In this document: positions 19,603 to 29,411 of the stretch, piece by piece | How the letters are laid out: each line of letters begins with the position of its first letter | How positions within the stretch are numbered: the first letter of the stretch is position 1 | From: Escherichia phage Mangalyan | Sequence record: OR449013 | Strand: one strand, 5' to 3' | Length of the DNA: 64,000 nt | Position numbers and translations under genes: made by a program | Notes under the pieces: model-generated | Database searches by the model: none | Told to the model about the DNA's origin: nothing | The model's input: only the letters and a program-made list of their open reading frames with translations

Positions 19603-20154
19603 TTACTGACCACTGTCTGTAACCGCTTTACCAGAATTGGGTGAAGGGAAGTGTGTGGTTATTTCAGCCTTAATTCCCTGAAGATCCTCAAAAGCCCCAA
19701 TGTCTGTTTCAACAAACCTTACGTTAAATGTCAGCATCACAGTGGCTCTATTTTCATACGTCTGCTTATTCAACGGCACTCTTTGAGGTGAGATTGTTGA
19801 ATTGTTAGAGTAGGCAAAGCACGATCCCAGAGGGAAATACTTGTCATAAAACATTGGAAGGTTTATTGCTTGCAATACTCTGCTAAGTGCAGCATATGCC
19901 CTGCCACGATAAGCTGTTAACAGATAAGTAACAGTGTAGCTGTGGGTGACGTAAGCATTACCCTCCGCATCTTGAAACTCATTATCTTCCCAAGTGGTGG
20001 GATTGATCGCCAAGGTTTGTAAAAGCACAAACTCACCTTCCGGCTTCGGTATGGTAGAGCTTTCTGCCAGAACTACAGTTCTTCCTGTGGCAACCTTGAC
20101 AAGCTTAGCAATGGTTGTTTCAAGATCAGAAAAAACTTTTTCGAAAGCTTCCAT
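19603..20154 (-). CDS. hypothetical head-tail joining/tail completion protein
   Basis: 183-aa ORF between head and tail modules. Confidence 0.4.
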   Translation of the reverse strand: MEAFEKVFSDLETTIAKLVKVATGRTVVLAESSTIPKPEGEFVLLQTLAINPTTWEDNEFQDAEGNAYVTHSYTVTYLLTAYRGRAYAALSRVLQAINLPMFYDKYFPLGSCFAYSNNSTISPQRVPLNKQTYENRATVMLTFNVRFVETDIGAFEDLQGIKAEITTHFPSPNSGKAVTDSGQ

Positions 20155-20579
20155 CAGTCTTCTCCTTCAGGCTCTTCTACCACAAAAAATCTATATCTCC
20201 CACCACCAGAGGTAACATATGCATCGCATTTTAAAACGGTAAACCATTTCAAGTCACCACGGATGTCAGGCAGCTGAATTTGGTCAGCCATTGCATATGT
20301 TCCTTCGTCCGGACTATACAACTTGGTTGAGGAGTACACTGTAAAAGCCTCGTACTGTCTGTCACCTTCTGGATTTATTTGAGAGGAGTAATCTTTAGCT
20401 GCCCTTCCTGTCAACGGCTGCACAACACACTCTAAGACATCAAACTCTTCATACTCGAGCTCTAACCCCTCGTTGACAAAAGGACCACCAACTGTTTTGT
20501 TATACACTCTGTGGCGACCTTTGAATGTTTTACGAGGTATTAGTCTGTTCTTTCCTATCAGCTTATAACCTGCTGCCAC
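20154..20579 (-). CDS. hypothetical head-tail protein
   Basis: 141-aa ORF, start overlaps upstream stop. Confidence 0.4.
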   Translation of the reverse strand: MAAGYKLIGKNRLIPRKTFKGRHRVYNKTVGGPFVNEGLELEYEEFDVLECVVQPLTGRAAKDYSSQINPEGDRQYEAFTVYSSTKLYSPDEGTYAMADQIQLPDIRGDLKWFTVLKCDAYVTSGGGRYRFFVVEEPEGED

Positions 20580-20594
20580 TCAACCCCCTTATTT

Positions 20595-21065
20595 TTACTG
20601 TCCGATTTTAAAGGTTGCAGATTCAAGCAGCACATCGTAATGCCGCATAGCCTCGTTGAAGCCCTTTTCTTGTGCCCACTGCTCACTAACAGTAGGATTA
20701 CTAAACTGACCAGCCTCAATAACAAACTGGATAGCTTTGGCCCCTGTGTCCCCCATCTGCTTAAGAATAGCCTCTGCACTTGATCCTCTAGCCATAGCTC
20801 TCAACAATTTTTCTGTCAAGGTCTGTAGTTGAGTGCTGTGAAATGCAAAGGCTGTCTCCATGAAATTGCGAACAGGCAGCCCGTTCCAACCGAAGTTGTG
20901 AATGGCTGCCAATGTTGCCATATTTAAGCCTGACGGGTGAGGTTCGTCATAAAAGCCGTAGGTTATTGTTTTACTTTCAAGTCTCACAAGTTCTTTGTAG
21001 AAGCTATCTAAACGCTTTAGGTTGAACCTTGTTTGACATTTAACCTTTAGCATTATATCCCTCAC
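20595..21065 (-). CDS. hypothetical head-tail protein
   Basis: 156-aa ORF. Confidence 0.4.
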   Translation of the reverse strand: MRDIMLKVKCQTRFNLKRLDSFYKELVRLESKTITYGFYDEPHPSGLNMATLAAIHNFGWNGLPVRNFMETAFAFHSTQLQTLTEKLLRAMARGSSAEAILKQMGDTGAKAIQFVIEAGQFSNPTVSEQWAQEKGFNEAMRHYDVLLESATFKIGQ

Positions 21066-21106
21066 TAATGTATTTTACCACAAAGATACATCAAAAGCAA
21101 CAATTT

Positions 21107-21727
21107 TTAAAAACTGCGTTTGCGTCTTGGGTGGCGAGGAGGTTGGTTATTTAGACCACTGATAGGTGTAATACCCTGGACATCGAACGGCCCGTTGCTG
21201 TTTTCATTAAATTTAACCCGAATTCCTTCATCTACACGAACACCACCAATGATAATCATTCTGCTGTAAGCATCTAGCTCAGAATCTACATAGTCAGGGT
21301 GTGCCAGCAGCCAATCAAGGAAATCTTTCCATTGGGCGTAGGAAGATCCACCACGAATCTCTATGGTCTCATCACCTATTTTTTCCAGACGGGAAGTTAT
21401 ACTTGCATTACCGCTGGAAACTTCCTGCATCATCAGCCATCGCACAAGCTGCACAAGCACATTGTACTTAAGCAGTGGTAGCTTATCAGGGTCTGCCGGA
21501 TAATTTAGTTTCAGCTTCTCCATATCAAGGAATGTTTTAATTACCTCATCAGGGAGTGTTTCCTCATCAACATTGCCAAGCAATAACCTCATAATATCAA
21601 TAAGAGGTTGGTCTGGATCAGGTTCCGGAGGTACAGGATCTTCTTTTGGTGGCTCTTCTGGGGTATCGACTACACCATCATGGTTAGGCGGGGACGGGAT
21701 AATATCTTCATCTTCATACCATGCCAT
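21107..21727 (-). CDS. hypothetical virion protein
   Basis: Track ORF 21107-21784; ATG at 21727 preferred (GAGGT SD). Confidence 0.4.
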   Translation of the reverse strand: MAWYEDEDIIPSPPNHDGVVDTPEEPPKEDPVPPEPDPDQPLIDIMRLLLGNVDEETLPDEVIKTFLDMEKLKLNYPADPDKLPLLKYNVLVQLVRWLMMQEVSSGNASITSRLEKIGDETIEIRGGSSYAQWKDFLDWLLAHPDYVDSELDAYSRMIIIGGVRVDEGIRVKFNENSNGPFDVQGITPISGLNNQPPRHPRRKRSF

Positions 21728-21751
21728 TTGAAAATACCTCGTAAAAATAAA

Positions 21752-21776
21752 GCCCCATTCCTGATTTGGAAGGGGC
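21752..21776 (-). terminator. terminator-like hairpin
   Basis: GGCCCCTTCC / GGAATGGGGCT hairpin followed by a T-rich run on minus strand, just 5' of the SD of the 21727 gene. Confidence 0.4.
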
Positions 21777-21786
21777 CTTAACAAAA

Positions 21787-22605
21787 TTATGCCAGTGCAG
21801 CCTCAAAATCTTTCATCATATTTTGGAAAGTTTTTGCCTTACTTAAGGTAACACCGTGCTCTTTAGCGAAGGTTTGGAGTGCATCTTTTGAACCACTTTT
21901 GTCATCTTCGTTGTTAAGAGCTGCGGCCTGTTTAAGGATTTCATCCTTATTCTCAACAGCTGCAGATGCGAAAGAGGCTACAGCCACATCTTGTGGATCT
22001 GCTACAGGACCTTCACCGTCACCCTCTCCAGGCGGCTCAGGCTCTGGTTCAGGCTCAGGTTCAGGTGCTACTGTAGAAGTCAAACCCAGATTTATAACCT
22101 GAGAACGTTTCTTAGGCCACTCAATGGTGAAAGTTTGGGTATCTTCTTCATAAACAATGTTGCATTGCTCATCGTTTATGGTCACTTTTTTAGGCATTCC
22201 TGCAGGGTCCCATAGATGGCCCTCTGCCACGGAAACCTTGAAAGCAGCATCTACCTCTTTAAACACTGAAGGGGTAAGTGTAATGTTGACATCACCACTT
22301 TGAAGTGTTAAAGTGCTTTCATCAAGGTTCTCTGTGAAGAACAGAAGAATAACACCCATACGGATAGTTGAGATACCAGTATCAATTGGCAGGCCTGTGT
22401 GTTTTGCAATCTTCTCGAAGAAGTCTACAATCGTTCTGCATGGATAGTGAACACTTCCAATAACGAACTCTGTTGGTGGCAGCAGGGCTGATAAACCAAC
22501 ATTGATTTCTGGATTGTATTGTGCTAAAAATTGATAAAAACTTAACTGATTGTTGAAAACTCTTAATAGAGGATCATACTCGACTGGATATACAACTCTA
22601 TTCAC
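21787..22605 (-). CDS. hypothetical virion protein with PEPEPEPEPEP linker
   Basis: 272-aa ORF; internal (PE)n linker. Confidence 0.4.
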   Translation of the reverse strand: MNRVVYPVEYDPLLRVFNNQLSFYQFLAQYNPEINVGLSALLPPTEFVIGSVHYPCRTIVDFFEKIAKHTGLPIDTGISTIRMGVILLFFTENLDESTLTLQSGDVNITLTPSVFKEVDAAFKVSVAEGHLWDPAGMPKKVTINDEQCNIVYEEDTQTFTIEWPKKRSQVINLGLTSTVAPEPEPEPEPEPPGEGDGEGPVADPQDVAVASFASAAVENKDEILKQAAALNNEDDKSGSKDALQTFAKEHGVTLSKAKTFQNMMKDFEAALA

Positions 22606-22638
22606 GGGACACTCCTGTTAAACCCTAATAAATAAAAA

Positions 22639-22662
22639 GGGGAGGGGGAGAACCCCCTCCCC
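22639..22662 (-). terminator. rho-independent terminator
   Basis: GGGGAGGGGG-TTCT-CCCCCTCCCC hairpin then TTTTTATTTATT on minus strand, 3' of the capsid gene. Confidence 0.65.
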
Positions 22663-22686
22663 ATATGGGATGAATCACCTTAGTGA

Positions 22687-23691
22687 TTAGTCACCACCTT
22701 TCAGAGTTGCTTTAACAACCAGCTCTGGACGGGTGTTAACTGCCAGCATAGAGGTTTCAGATTCGATTTTCTGTTCTCTCAGGTAGGCAGAGTGTTTATA
22801 CCACATATACAGCTCTTGAGCTGGGGTATTTGCATCTTCCACAGTGTCAGCCGGGGCAAAGTGCAGCTGGAACATCTGATCGATACCCATAGGCATCAGG
22901 CGAGCCTCACCGTCCGGAATGTTGCCAGAAATATCTTCGATAAAGGTCATACCCTTGTGTTCAAACACACGGTAAATGCTTTGTTCGCCACCTGCACCCA
23001 GACGACGACGCAGCGGTTCCTGAGAAGAGCTGTAGTAGGTGTAGGCCAGCTCTACCAGTGGGTGATGAACCAGTGCAGAGAAGAATTTCGGAGAGCACAG
23101 CGCGATGATGTTATAAGCACCAGCGTTGTCACCAGCCTGCAGAGCAATGTGCAGACGTGCATCTTCGATTACTTCCATCGGGTCCTGTGCTGCATTTTTA
23201 GGATCGATTTCGATAGATTTCTGAGAAACGCCCCACAGCGTGTAATAGTCATACTGGCAAGTTTTGTCACCAGGTGCATAGGATTTACCCAGAATTGCAG
23301 AAAAAAGAGCTTTTTCACGCAGGGTTTCGTGGCTCAGACGAATACGACGAACTACACGAGTAACCACGTCTTGCACAGTTTTCGGTGCATCTGGGGTGAA
23401 GTAGCGACGAAAGTTCTGAACGTCCGCAGCAGTAATGCCCTTATCCAGCGGGAAGAACGGGATGTTCAGGTTTTTGATCTGTGCACGTTCGCTATCGACG
23501 TAGTTACGTTCACCACCACGACGGCGAGCGGCGATATCACCAACCACTTCATCAACACGTTCGATCTGTGCGATTGTTGAGGTGCCGAGATGGGTTTCAA
23601 ACAGATCCATACCAGTGATCAGGCGATATTGGCGCGGAACCAGTTCAAGAGTAGCACCTAAATCAACAATACCAAAATCATCTTTACGCAT
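22687..23691 (-). CDS. major capsid protein (lambda gpE-like)
   Basis: ATG at 23691 with GGAGAA SD (track starts at an upstream TTG, 23703); sequence style matches E-type capsid proteins; flanked by decoration and scaffold genes. Confidence 0.75.
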   Translation of the reverse strand: MRKDDFGIVDLGATLELVPRQYRLITGMDLFETHLGTSTIAQIERVDEVVGDIAARRRGGERNYVDSERAQIKNLNIPFFPLDKGITAADVQNFRRYFTPDAPKTVQDVVTRVVRRIRLSHETLREKALFSAILGKSYAPGDKTCQYDYYTLWGVSQKSIEIDPKNAAQDPMEVIEDARLHIALQAGDNAGAYNIIALCSPKFFSALVHHPLVELAYTYYSSSQEPLRRRLGAGGEQSIYRVFEHKGMTFIEDISGNIPDGEARLMPMGIDQMFQLHFAPADTVEDANTPAQELYMWYKHSAYLREQKIESETSMLAVNTRPELVVKATLKGGD

Positions 23692-23737
23692 TATTTTCTC
23701 CAAATAACTTTAAAATTTGTTTCCCAAAGATCTAGGA

Positions 23738-24112
23738 TTATTCCTGAACTTTGTTGCCTTTGGCTTCGAGAGCTTCCAGAACTGCAGCAGGTGCAGCTTC
23801 GCCGCTGGCTACTTTCAGGTGTTTTTTAGCGAAAGTAACGCCACGAACAGCAACGACTAATTTGTATTTCTGACCCACAGTCAGAGGCTCTGCCAGATTA
23901 ACTTTGCCAGCAGAGTCCGGCAGAAGTGCACGGTCAACCAGAACACCAAATGTGTCTGTGCCATCTTTGTTAGCCAGAGTGCCAGTTTTGGTAACTACTG
24001 CGCCAGCAACGTGATCAGCAGTAAGGGTAATTTCAATCTCTTTAAAGTTGAAACCTGCATCGCTTGCATCTACTTTGCCGAGCACGATATCAGAATATTG
24101 AGTGGTGATCAT
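23738..24112 (-). CDS. head decoration protein (gpD-like)
   Basis: 124-aa Ala/Gly/Val-rich ORF immediately upstream of the capsid gene. Confidence 0.55.
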   Translation of the reverse strand: MITTQYSDIVLGKVDASDAGFNFKEIEITLTADHVAGAVVTKTGTLANKDGTDTFGVLVDRALLPDSAGKVNLAEPLTVGQKYKLVVAVRGVTFAKKHLKVASGEAAPAAVLEALEAKGNKVQE

Positions 24113-24133
24113 TATTTTCCCCTATTAAGCAGA

Positions 24134-25114
24134 TTATTTATTAGATTCTTTACGTGCACGAGCCAGAGCTTTAGCGACGTTTTCAGCAATAATATCTTCA
24201 GCAGATTTAGCAATGTCATCTACTACGACATCACCATCTTTGCCTTGCTCGGTGGTTGCGAACTCTTCTTTAGCTTTTTCAACTTTAGCTTCCAGTTCAG
24301 CAATACGAGCTTGAGCTTTTTCCAGCAATTCAACAACAGGAGCGTTAGCTTTATCCAGCATGAATTCGACCAGAGATGCGTGGTCTTCTTCAGTGGTGAA
24401 GCTTAACGCCTGAGCTTTTTCCAGCATTTTAGCTTTTTCAACTTCTACCTGAGCCTTGATGATTTCTTCAGCTTTTTCATTGGTAGCTTTCAGTTCTTCG
24501 AACTGTTTCAGCAGGTCCAGGTACTCTTGAGACTTGGTTACGTCTTCCACCGGATTCTCCTCGGTATTTGCGGATTTATCAACATTGTCCACAGCGTCTG
24601 TAACAACTTCTTCTGTGGTTTCCTGCGCCGCTTTAATAAGTTTCCCTTCTTCATCGAAGAGATCAGCGGTCATCTGCTCAAAAACTTGTTGGGTTTTCAA
24701 CAGAGTGTATTGGTCAACAATACTTAAATCTTTACCTTCTTTAGCAGCTTTGTGAATGGTTACGTTATCACAACGTTCTTCTAACCACTGCACACAAGCC
24801 TCTGCATCAGCCTGTGCCCACTCCCAATCTGGGTGTTCTTTTGCCCAAGCTTCTTCCTCAATCTCGAACCCAAGCAGGTGAGCCAGTGCCTTAGCATCGT
24901 CATACCACATATCGAAAAAACGACGCAGGTATTCTTCAAAACTGAGCTCCACAGTAACTTGGCGAAGTGCCTTAACAATATCGTCTGTTAACTGCTCAGG
25001 CTTAAGATCGCTCTTCATTAAAAGAGATACAGGCCGATTGTTAGCGCTATAGCCTTGCGCCTTATGGCACAGGGCAATACCCTTCTCTTTAATAGTGATT
25101 GTTTTTTCAGACAT
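24134..25114 (-). CDS. putative scaffolding protein
   Basis: 326-aa Glu/Lys/Ala-rich helical ORF between portal and capsid genes. Confidence 0.5.
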   Translation of the reverse strand: MSEKTITIKEKGIALCHKAQGYSANNRPVSLLMKSDLKPEQLTDDIVKALRQVTVELSFEEYLRRFFDMWYDDAKALAHLLGFEIEEEAWAKEHPDWEWAQADAEACVQWLEERCDNVTIHKAAKEGKDLSIVDQYTLLKTQQVFEQMTADLFDEEGKLIKAAQETTEEVVTDAVDNVDKSANTEENPVEDVTKSQEYLDLLKQFEELKATNEKAEEIIKAQVEVEKAKMLEKAQALSFTTEEDHASLVEFMLDKANAPVVELLEKAQARIAELEAKVEKAKEEFATTEQGKDGDVVVDDIAKSAEDIIAENVAKALARARKESNK

Positions 25115-25545
25115 TATTCATTGCCCTCTTCTACAACACTGATCCCGAAATTTACATTGGTAATTTCGCCCGTCTCTTCATCAACATTACCTGTTGCCTG
25201 AATGCTTAGGCCACCAACAATGCCAGCCTTCTTAGCTTCCCATAATTCAGGATTATTGTATTTAACTTTAGCAACCCAAGAGCCAGCCTTGATGACCTGC
25301 TCAGTACCAATTACTACAACATCAAACTCTTCTTGAATCCACGTCTTTTCAATAGTGAAAGCATCTGTAGAGGTCAAGTGGAAAAGGTTTTCAGAAACTA
25401 GGCCTGCGGCGTATGCTGCGTCCCAATTATCTTTAGCCTTTTTGATGGTGTCTTTACTCATCCACTCACCGTGAGCGTCTTTAGTGTCCGGTTCGTAGAT
25501 GATTTCGTAGGAAATCATTTCTTCCTGTGGCATCTTATTCCCCAT
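25114..25545 (-). CDS. hypothetical head morphogenesis protein (possible small prohead protease)
   Basis: Track ORF 25114-25689 overlaps the portal 3' end; internal ATG 25545/25533 preferred. Confidence 0.3.
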   Translation of the reverse strand: MGNKMPQEEMISYEIIYEPDTKDAHGEWMSKDTIKKAKDNWDAAYAAGLVSENLFHLTSTDAFTIEKTWIQEEFDVVVIGTEQVIKAGSWVAKVKYNNPELWEAKKAGIVGGLSIQATGNVDEETGEITNVNFGISVVEEGNE

Positions 25546-25600
25546 GTGGATTATTTTATCACGCCAAAGGAGGTTTTGCAACCCCCTGTGTTGATAATTT

Positions 25601-27157
25601 TTAATTTTCCATGTTGGATATGGAATTATCTCTGGTTGATGACATCTTAGAAGTGCCGTTGCCAGTGGATCCTGCAGCCATTCCATCACCAGCCCTGCTG
25701 ATATCCTGGCCCAAGAGCTTCATCAGCTCTTCTTGATCCATGTCCTCGTCAAATCTTTCATCAAACCCACCTACTTCAAGAATCTTATTAATTACTGCAG
25801 GAGTTTTTGGCAAGTAACCTACAGCACCGATCCTCTGGACAAACTTGGAGAAGCTCTCCATGTCCACCTCTTCAATCAGGCCAGGTTTCAGTTTAGGCAT
25901 ATCATCATCTTCAAGGATGATACCATTCAATGCCAGAAGCTGTGGAATAAGATCTTTATTGAAGGCCTCAGTGATAATATCTATATCACGCTGAACAAAA
26001 TGACCATGGATAGACTGTTTTGACTCAGACAGAGAGAAGGATCCGACGTTATCGTTACCGAGGTTAATAAAGCCAGCACCGAAACGGTCAAGAATCGCCT
26101 TCTTACGGGCATCAATCAAATCTTTAGTGGAATACTGCTTGCCCATACCGTCAACCCCCTTCAGGGTCATGGAGTAAAGCTCTTTACCAGACTTATCTCT
26201 ATCAGACGGAAGTATAAAGAAACTTTGCTCCCCACTATGGGCGTTTGCTGCGTCAAGCATAAGATCTGCAACCATTCTCCCTTCCATTGAATTCGGGTCA
26301 ATACTGGCCTTGTTCAAAATATTGGAAGGAATTTTCAGCTCAAGCACACCACCAAGGTCTTTGGAACAGCCAACAACCTCAAGGTTTTCAATCAAAACTT
26401 TCTCACGGAAAGATCTGTAGCAACCTATCATCGGTGACACACCTGCAGGGTTAGATTCTGTTCCTGACAGAGTCATGAGCATAAGCTTTTTAGCAGGGAT
26501 GAAAATTTCAGGCTCATTAAAGCCTTTTGAAGGCATTGCAGCGAGAGGACCAGCCCAGCGTGCATTCTGCGTGTTTAGAAATGCATTAGGTGATTGATAA
26601 ATACCTGTCAGTGTTCTACTATTCTTGTCAAAGACAAACGGCTCTGATCTGGACAAACTGGCCTGTGGTCGGAACGCAATCTTATCAATAAGAAGCATCC
26701 CGGCGTATTTACCTTCTTTCTCTCTGCGGTATACTTTCTCAAACAGTGAAAAACCATACTCGTTAAAGGTAGCTGCGCTTCTTGCAATATCTCGAAGAGT
26801 TTGTTGGTTTGCCAAATTACGCAAAGAATACTCTATAAGCTCGGCAGCTTTCTTAGAGTCTTCACTTTTAACATTATAAAGGATCTTAAAATCATTAAAT
26901 GCTTTCGTGATGAAAACATATTTTGTATCTAAGGCAGTAGCAACTGTGGAATCACATTTCATAGTCTCCACTGTGGCAATCAGTTGAGGCCAACGCAATT
27001 CCTCAACCATCATAGATTGTGATTCTGCCATAATTTGGGAAAGTGCGCCAGAACCGATCTCACTCATACGAACATTATGAGTTGGTGCGCCTGCGTTCCC
27101 AGATTTATTCACAGTTTTGGCTGTGGCGTTGTGTTTCCTGCGGTTCTTTTTGGACAC
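25601..27157 (-). CDS. portal protein
   Basis: 518-aa ORF directly 3' of the terminase; start appears to be GTG. Confidence 0.7.
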   Translation of the reverse strand: MSKKNRRKHNATAKTVNKSGNAGAPTHNVRMSEIGSGALSQIMAESQSMMVEELRWPQLIATVETMKCDSTVATALDTKYVFITKAFNDFKILYNVKSEDSKKAAELIEYSLRNLANQQTLRDIARSAATFNEYGFSLFEKVYRREKEGKYAGMLLIDKIAFRPQASLSRSEPFVFDKNSRTLTGIYQSPNAFLNTQNARWAGPLAAMPSKGFNEPEIFIPAKKLMLMTLSGTESNPAGVSPMIGCYRSFREKVLIENLEVVGCSKDLGGVLELKIPSNILNKASIDPNSMEGRMVADLMLDAANAHSGEQSFFILPSDRDKSGKELYSMTLKGVDGMGKQYSTKDLIDARKKAILDRFGAGFINLGNDNVGSFSLSESKQSIHGHFVQRDIDIITEAFNKDLIPQLLALNGIILEDDDMPKLKPGLIEEVDMESFSKFVQRIGAVGYLPKTPAVINKILEVGGFDERFDEDMDQEELMKLLGQDISRAGDGMAAGSTGNGTSKMSSTRDNSISNMEN

Positions 27158-27180
27158 AAGCTTTACCCCTCAAAACAGTA

Positions 27181-27207
27181 TAACAAAATAGCCCTCGTCA
27201 GAGGGCT
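27181..27207 (-). terminator. terminator-like hairpin
   Basis: AGCCCTC-TGAC-GAGGGCT hairpin plus U-rich tail between terminase and portal genes. Confidence 0.35.
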
Positions 27208-27257
27208 AGTATCTCCAATTACTTTATTGTACCACATCTAATTAAGATTGGCAACAC

Positions 27258-28379
27258 TTAGATAAAACGCTTAAACATAGAAGGTGATGAGATTGATGGA
27301 ATCACACAAGGAAGTGCTACCTCCTCTTTCTCCAGGAAATTAATCGCAGAAGCTACACAGTCGGCCCAGTCGTCTTTTCTGTTAAATGTTGATCTTTCCC
27401 CGTTGAATTTTTCAAGTTCAGTCAGAAATGCTTCCAAAGTATCAGGATGGAAACTGGATTTTACAATCCTCACCATTCCTTGTTGGGCAAGATTGGCAAA
27501 AGGTGAGAACCTTGTCAGTTTAGATTTGTTGGAAGGCATTGGGTCTTCTTCAACCCTAAACCCTTCGGCGAGCAAGGATCTGGAGGAGGTTAAGAACTCA
27601 CTCTTACCTGCCTGACCGGGGTCCACAGAGAATACGATTATACAATCATCACCATCAAACTGCGCCTGTTTCCTGATGATCACATCTCGTTCACCAGCCT
27701 TTTTACAAAACTTACCTTCCAGACCTGTGGAATACCTCCCGTCATCCACGTTCTCAGGACAATAATCACCGGACAGGTAATAAAAGCCGTCACTATCTTT
27801 ACTTACCTTAACACTGGCGGTAAAGTCAGGAAATTTATTACCGGAAGTTCTCTCGGTTCCTGCCTTATCCCATGCTCTGCAAGATACTGATCCAAGGGGT
27901 ACTCTATCGGCATCACGAAGGAAAGATCTTTGAAAATAGTTTGCACCCTCAGGCTTTGCAAACCAGTTACCATGGAGAAGCTGAGCTTTTTCCAGCTCTG
28001 GTAGACCTTCGAGGAAAGCAAGGTATTCTGGGTTGTCTCTCAAACAGACAGGATTATCGAATATTGTTGCGCCTATGAACGAGAATGACAACGGTCTTGG
28101 CTTGATCTCTACACCCAGTCCGTTAACCGTGGTGTATTTCTCTATCAACTCTTCCTTAGAGTCTCCCCAAATAAATTCACCGTCGCGTCGGATAAAATAT
28201 CTTTTCTTACCGCATTTCTCAGGATCTGGATACCCTTCATCGTCCAACCACCATCTAACCAGTTTGGCAAGCATGTGTTCTGAATCGGGGTTACAGCTGA
28301 TAACCATTCTTGATGGATACTTTGACTGAGATCGCAGACGAGACATCAGATAGTCTATCTGCTCCCATTCGAATTGTGT
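27258..28379 (-). CDS. terminase large subunit, exon 2 (nuclease domain)
   Basis: Frame continues terminase reading after the predicted intron; Asp-rich nuclease-domain motifs. Exon 5' boundary (28379) is predicted, not proven. Confidence 0.75.
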   Translation of the reverse strand, partial: TQFEWEQIDYLMSRLRSQSKYPSRMVISCNPDSEHMLAKLVRWWLDDEGYPDPEKCGKKRYFIRRDGEFIWGDSKEELIEKYTTVNGLGVEIKPRPLSFSFIGATIFDNPVCLRDNPEYLAFLEGLPELEKAQLLHGNWFAKPEGANYFQRSFLRDADRVPLGSVSCRAWDKAGTERTSGNKFPDFTASVKVSKDSDGFYYLSGDYCPENVDDGRYSTGLEGKFCKKAGERDVIIRKQAQFDGDDCIIVFSVDPGQAGKSEFLTSSRSLLAEGFRVEEDPMPSNKSKLTRFSPFANLAQQGMVRIVKSSFHPDTLEAFLTELEKFNGERSTFNRKDDWADCVASAINFLEKEEVALPCVIPSISSPSMFKRFI

Positions 28380-28698
28380 CGTTTATGTTCGGGCAAGGTC
28401 GCTAGTCTTGCCCCGCCATTTTCAGGCAGCTGCATGTCTCCATGCAGACCAGACTATATCTTATAAGCGACAAAAACCGCTTACCCTCCCGTTTCGAATC
28501 GCTTGATTCTACGTCTCTCGACTAGTCGTTGAACGTTCATCCTCTCGGATGCTTCGCTGCGGATTATCTAAATTAACACACTGTTACCATACCTTCGATC
28601 TCTCTTCGAAGCCTCTATAATGTTACCATGACAGGTTGGTGGTGTCAATAATAAAGATTTCCCCGCAATTAGGGAGGTTTTACGAGAGCTACAAATTA
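28380..28698 (-). ncRNA. group I intron (ORF-less) in terminase large subunit gene
   Basis: Minus-strand P (AATTGCGGGGAAA, 28656-28671), Q (AATCCGCAGC, 28551-28565), R (GTTCAACGACTAGTC, 28520-28534), S (AAGATATAGTCTGG, 28449-28462); P1 pairing exon GAGGGU with intron GCUCUC; in-frame TAA right after exon 1. Confidence 0.8.
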
Positions 28699-29124
28699 AC
28701 CCTCATCGAAGCAAACCATGGTGTACTCAAGCCCTTGGTGGTTAAGCTTATCTTGTACATACTCCATGTGGCAGTATTTTACAACAGCCCCCTTTTTGCT
28801 TCTATCCCACTTGCCAGTGTTCGGATCAAACCGTGGAAAAATGAACTTATGATCCTTCTCTCTGAACTTTGGCTTAATGTTTTCAGGCAGATCACTATAA
28901 ATAGCTACTGCTTTAGGCCATAGTCCACCCTCACCTTCCAACTGTGGGGTTGTTCTTCGGAACATAACCACAGAGCTGTGGGGGTCATCAATAATTTTAA
29001 GCGGCATCAACTGCAAGAGGAACGACTTGCCAGACCCAGCTGCACCGCCGATTACCAAAATATCTGCATCGTTTTCGAGGATCATCTTCTGCTTTTCAGA
29101 ACACGGTCCGTAAATCTTAGACAT
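28699..29124 (-). CDS. terminase large subunit, exon 1 (ATPase domain)
   Basis: Walker A GGAAGSGKS and Walker B VCFDEG; ORF terminates in intron. Confidence 0.8.
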
Positions 29125-29411
29125 TAACCTCTCTCCTTTGGAAAAAGTGTTCTAATATAGTCTTGCAAAATGATCAATTTAGCTCTATCATTGCTACAAG
29201 ACAGATTATTGTCCCTCATAATGCCAGAGTTCACCGCATCTGGCGCACCTTTCTTCAAAGGCATAGCTTTAGCAGGTGGTTTCATGGCACCTTCTGGTGG
29301 TTTAACAATCAACCTTCCTACATCCGGAGGGTCAATCTTGTATTCTCTCTCAACGCTGGTTGCACACCCACATAATAACAAGCACGCAATAAACAGTGTA
29401 GCAACTCTCAT
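29124..29411 (-). CDS. putative o-spanin (outer-membrane lipoprotein)
   Basis: 95-aa ORF with signal peptide and Cys-rich lipobox-like LLLCGC; overlaps neighbours (ATGA). Confidence 0.5.
   Translation of the reverse strand: MRVATLFIACLLLCGCATSVEREYKIDPPDVGRLIVKPPEGAMKPPAKAMPLKKGAPDAVNSGIMRDNNLSCSNDRAKLIILQDYIRTLFPKERG

Noticed and set aside
25545-25689. Long N-terminal extension of the 25114-25689 ORF
   Set aside because: It overlaps the portal 3' end by ~90 nt with no SD; an internal ATG gives a conventionally spaced gene.
28380-28698. Intein, or pseudogenisation by frameshift, as explanation for the split terminase
   Set aside because: The intervening sequence has in-frame stops, no protein-coding capacity, and carries the conserved P, Q, R, S elements and P1 pairing of a group I intron.
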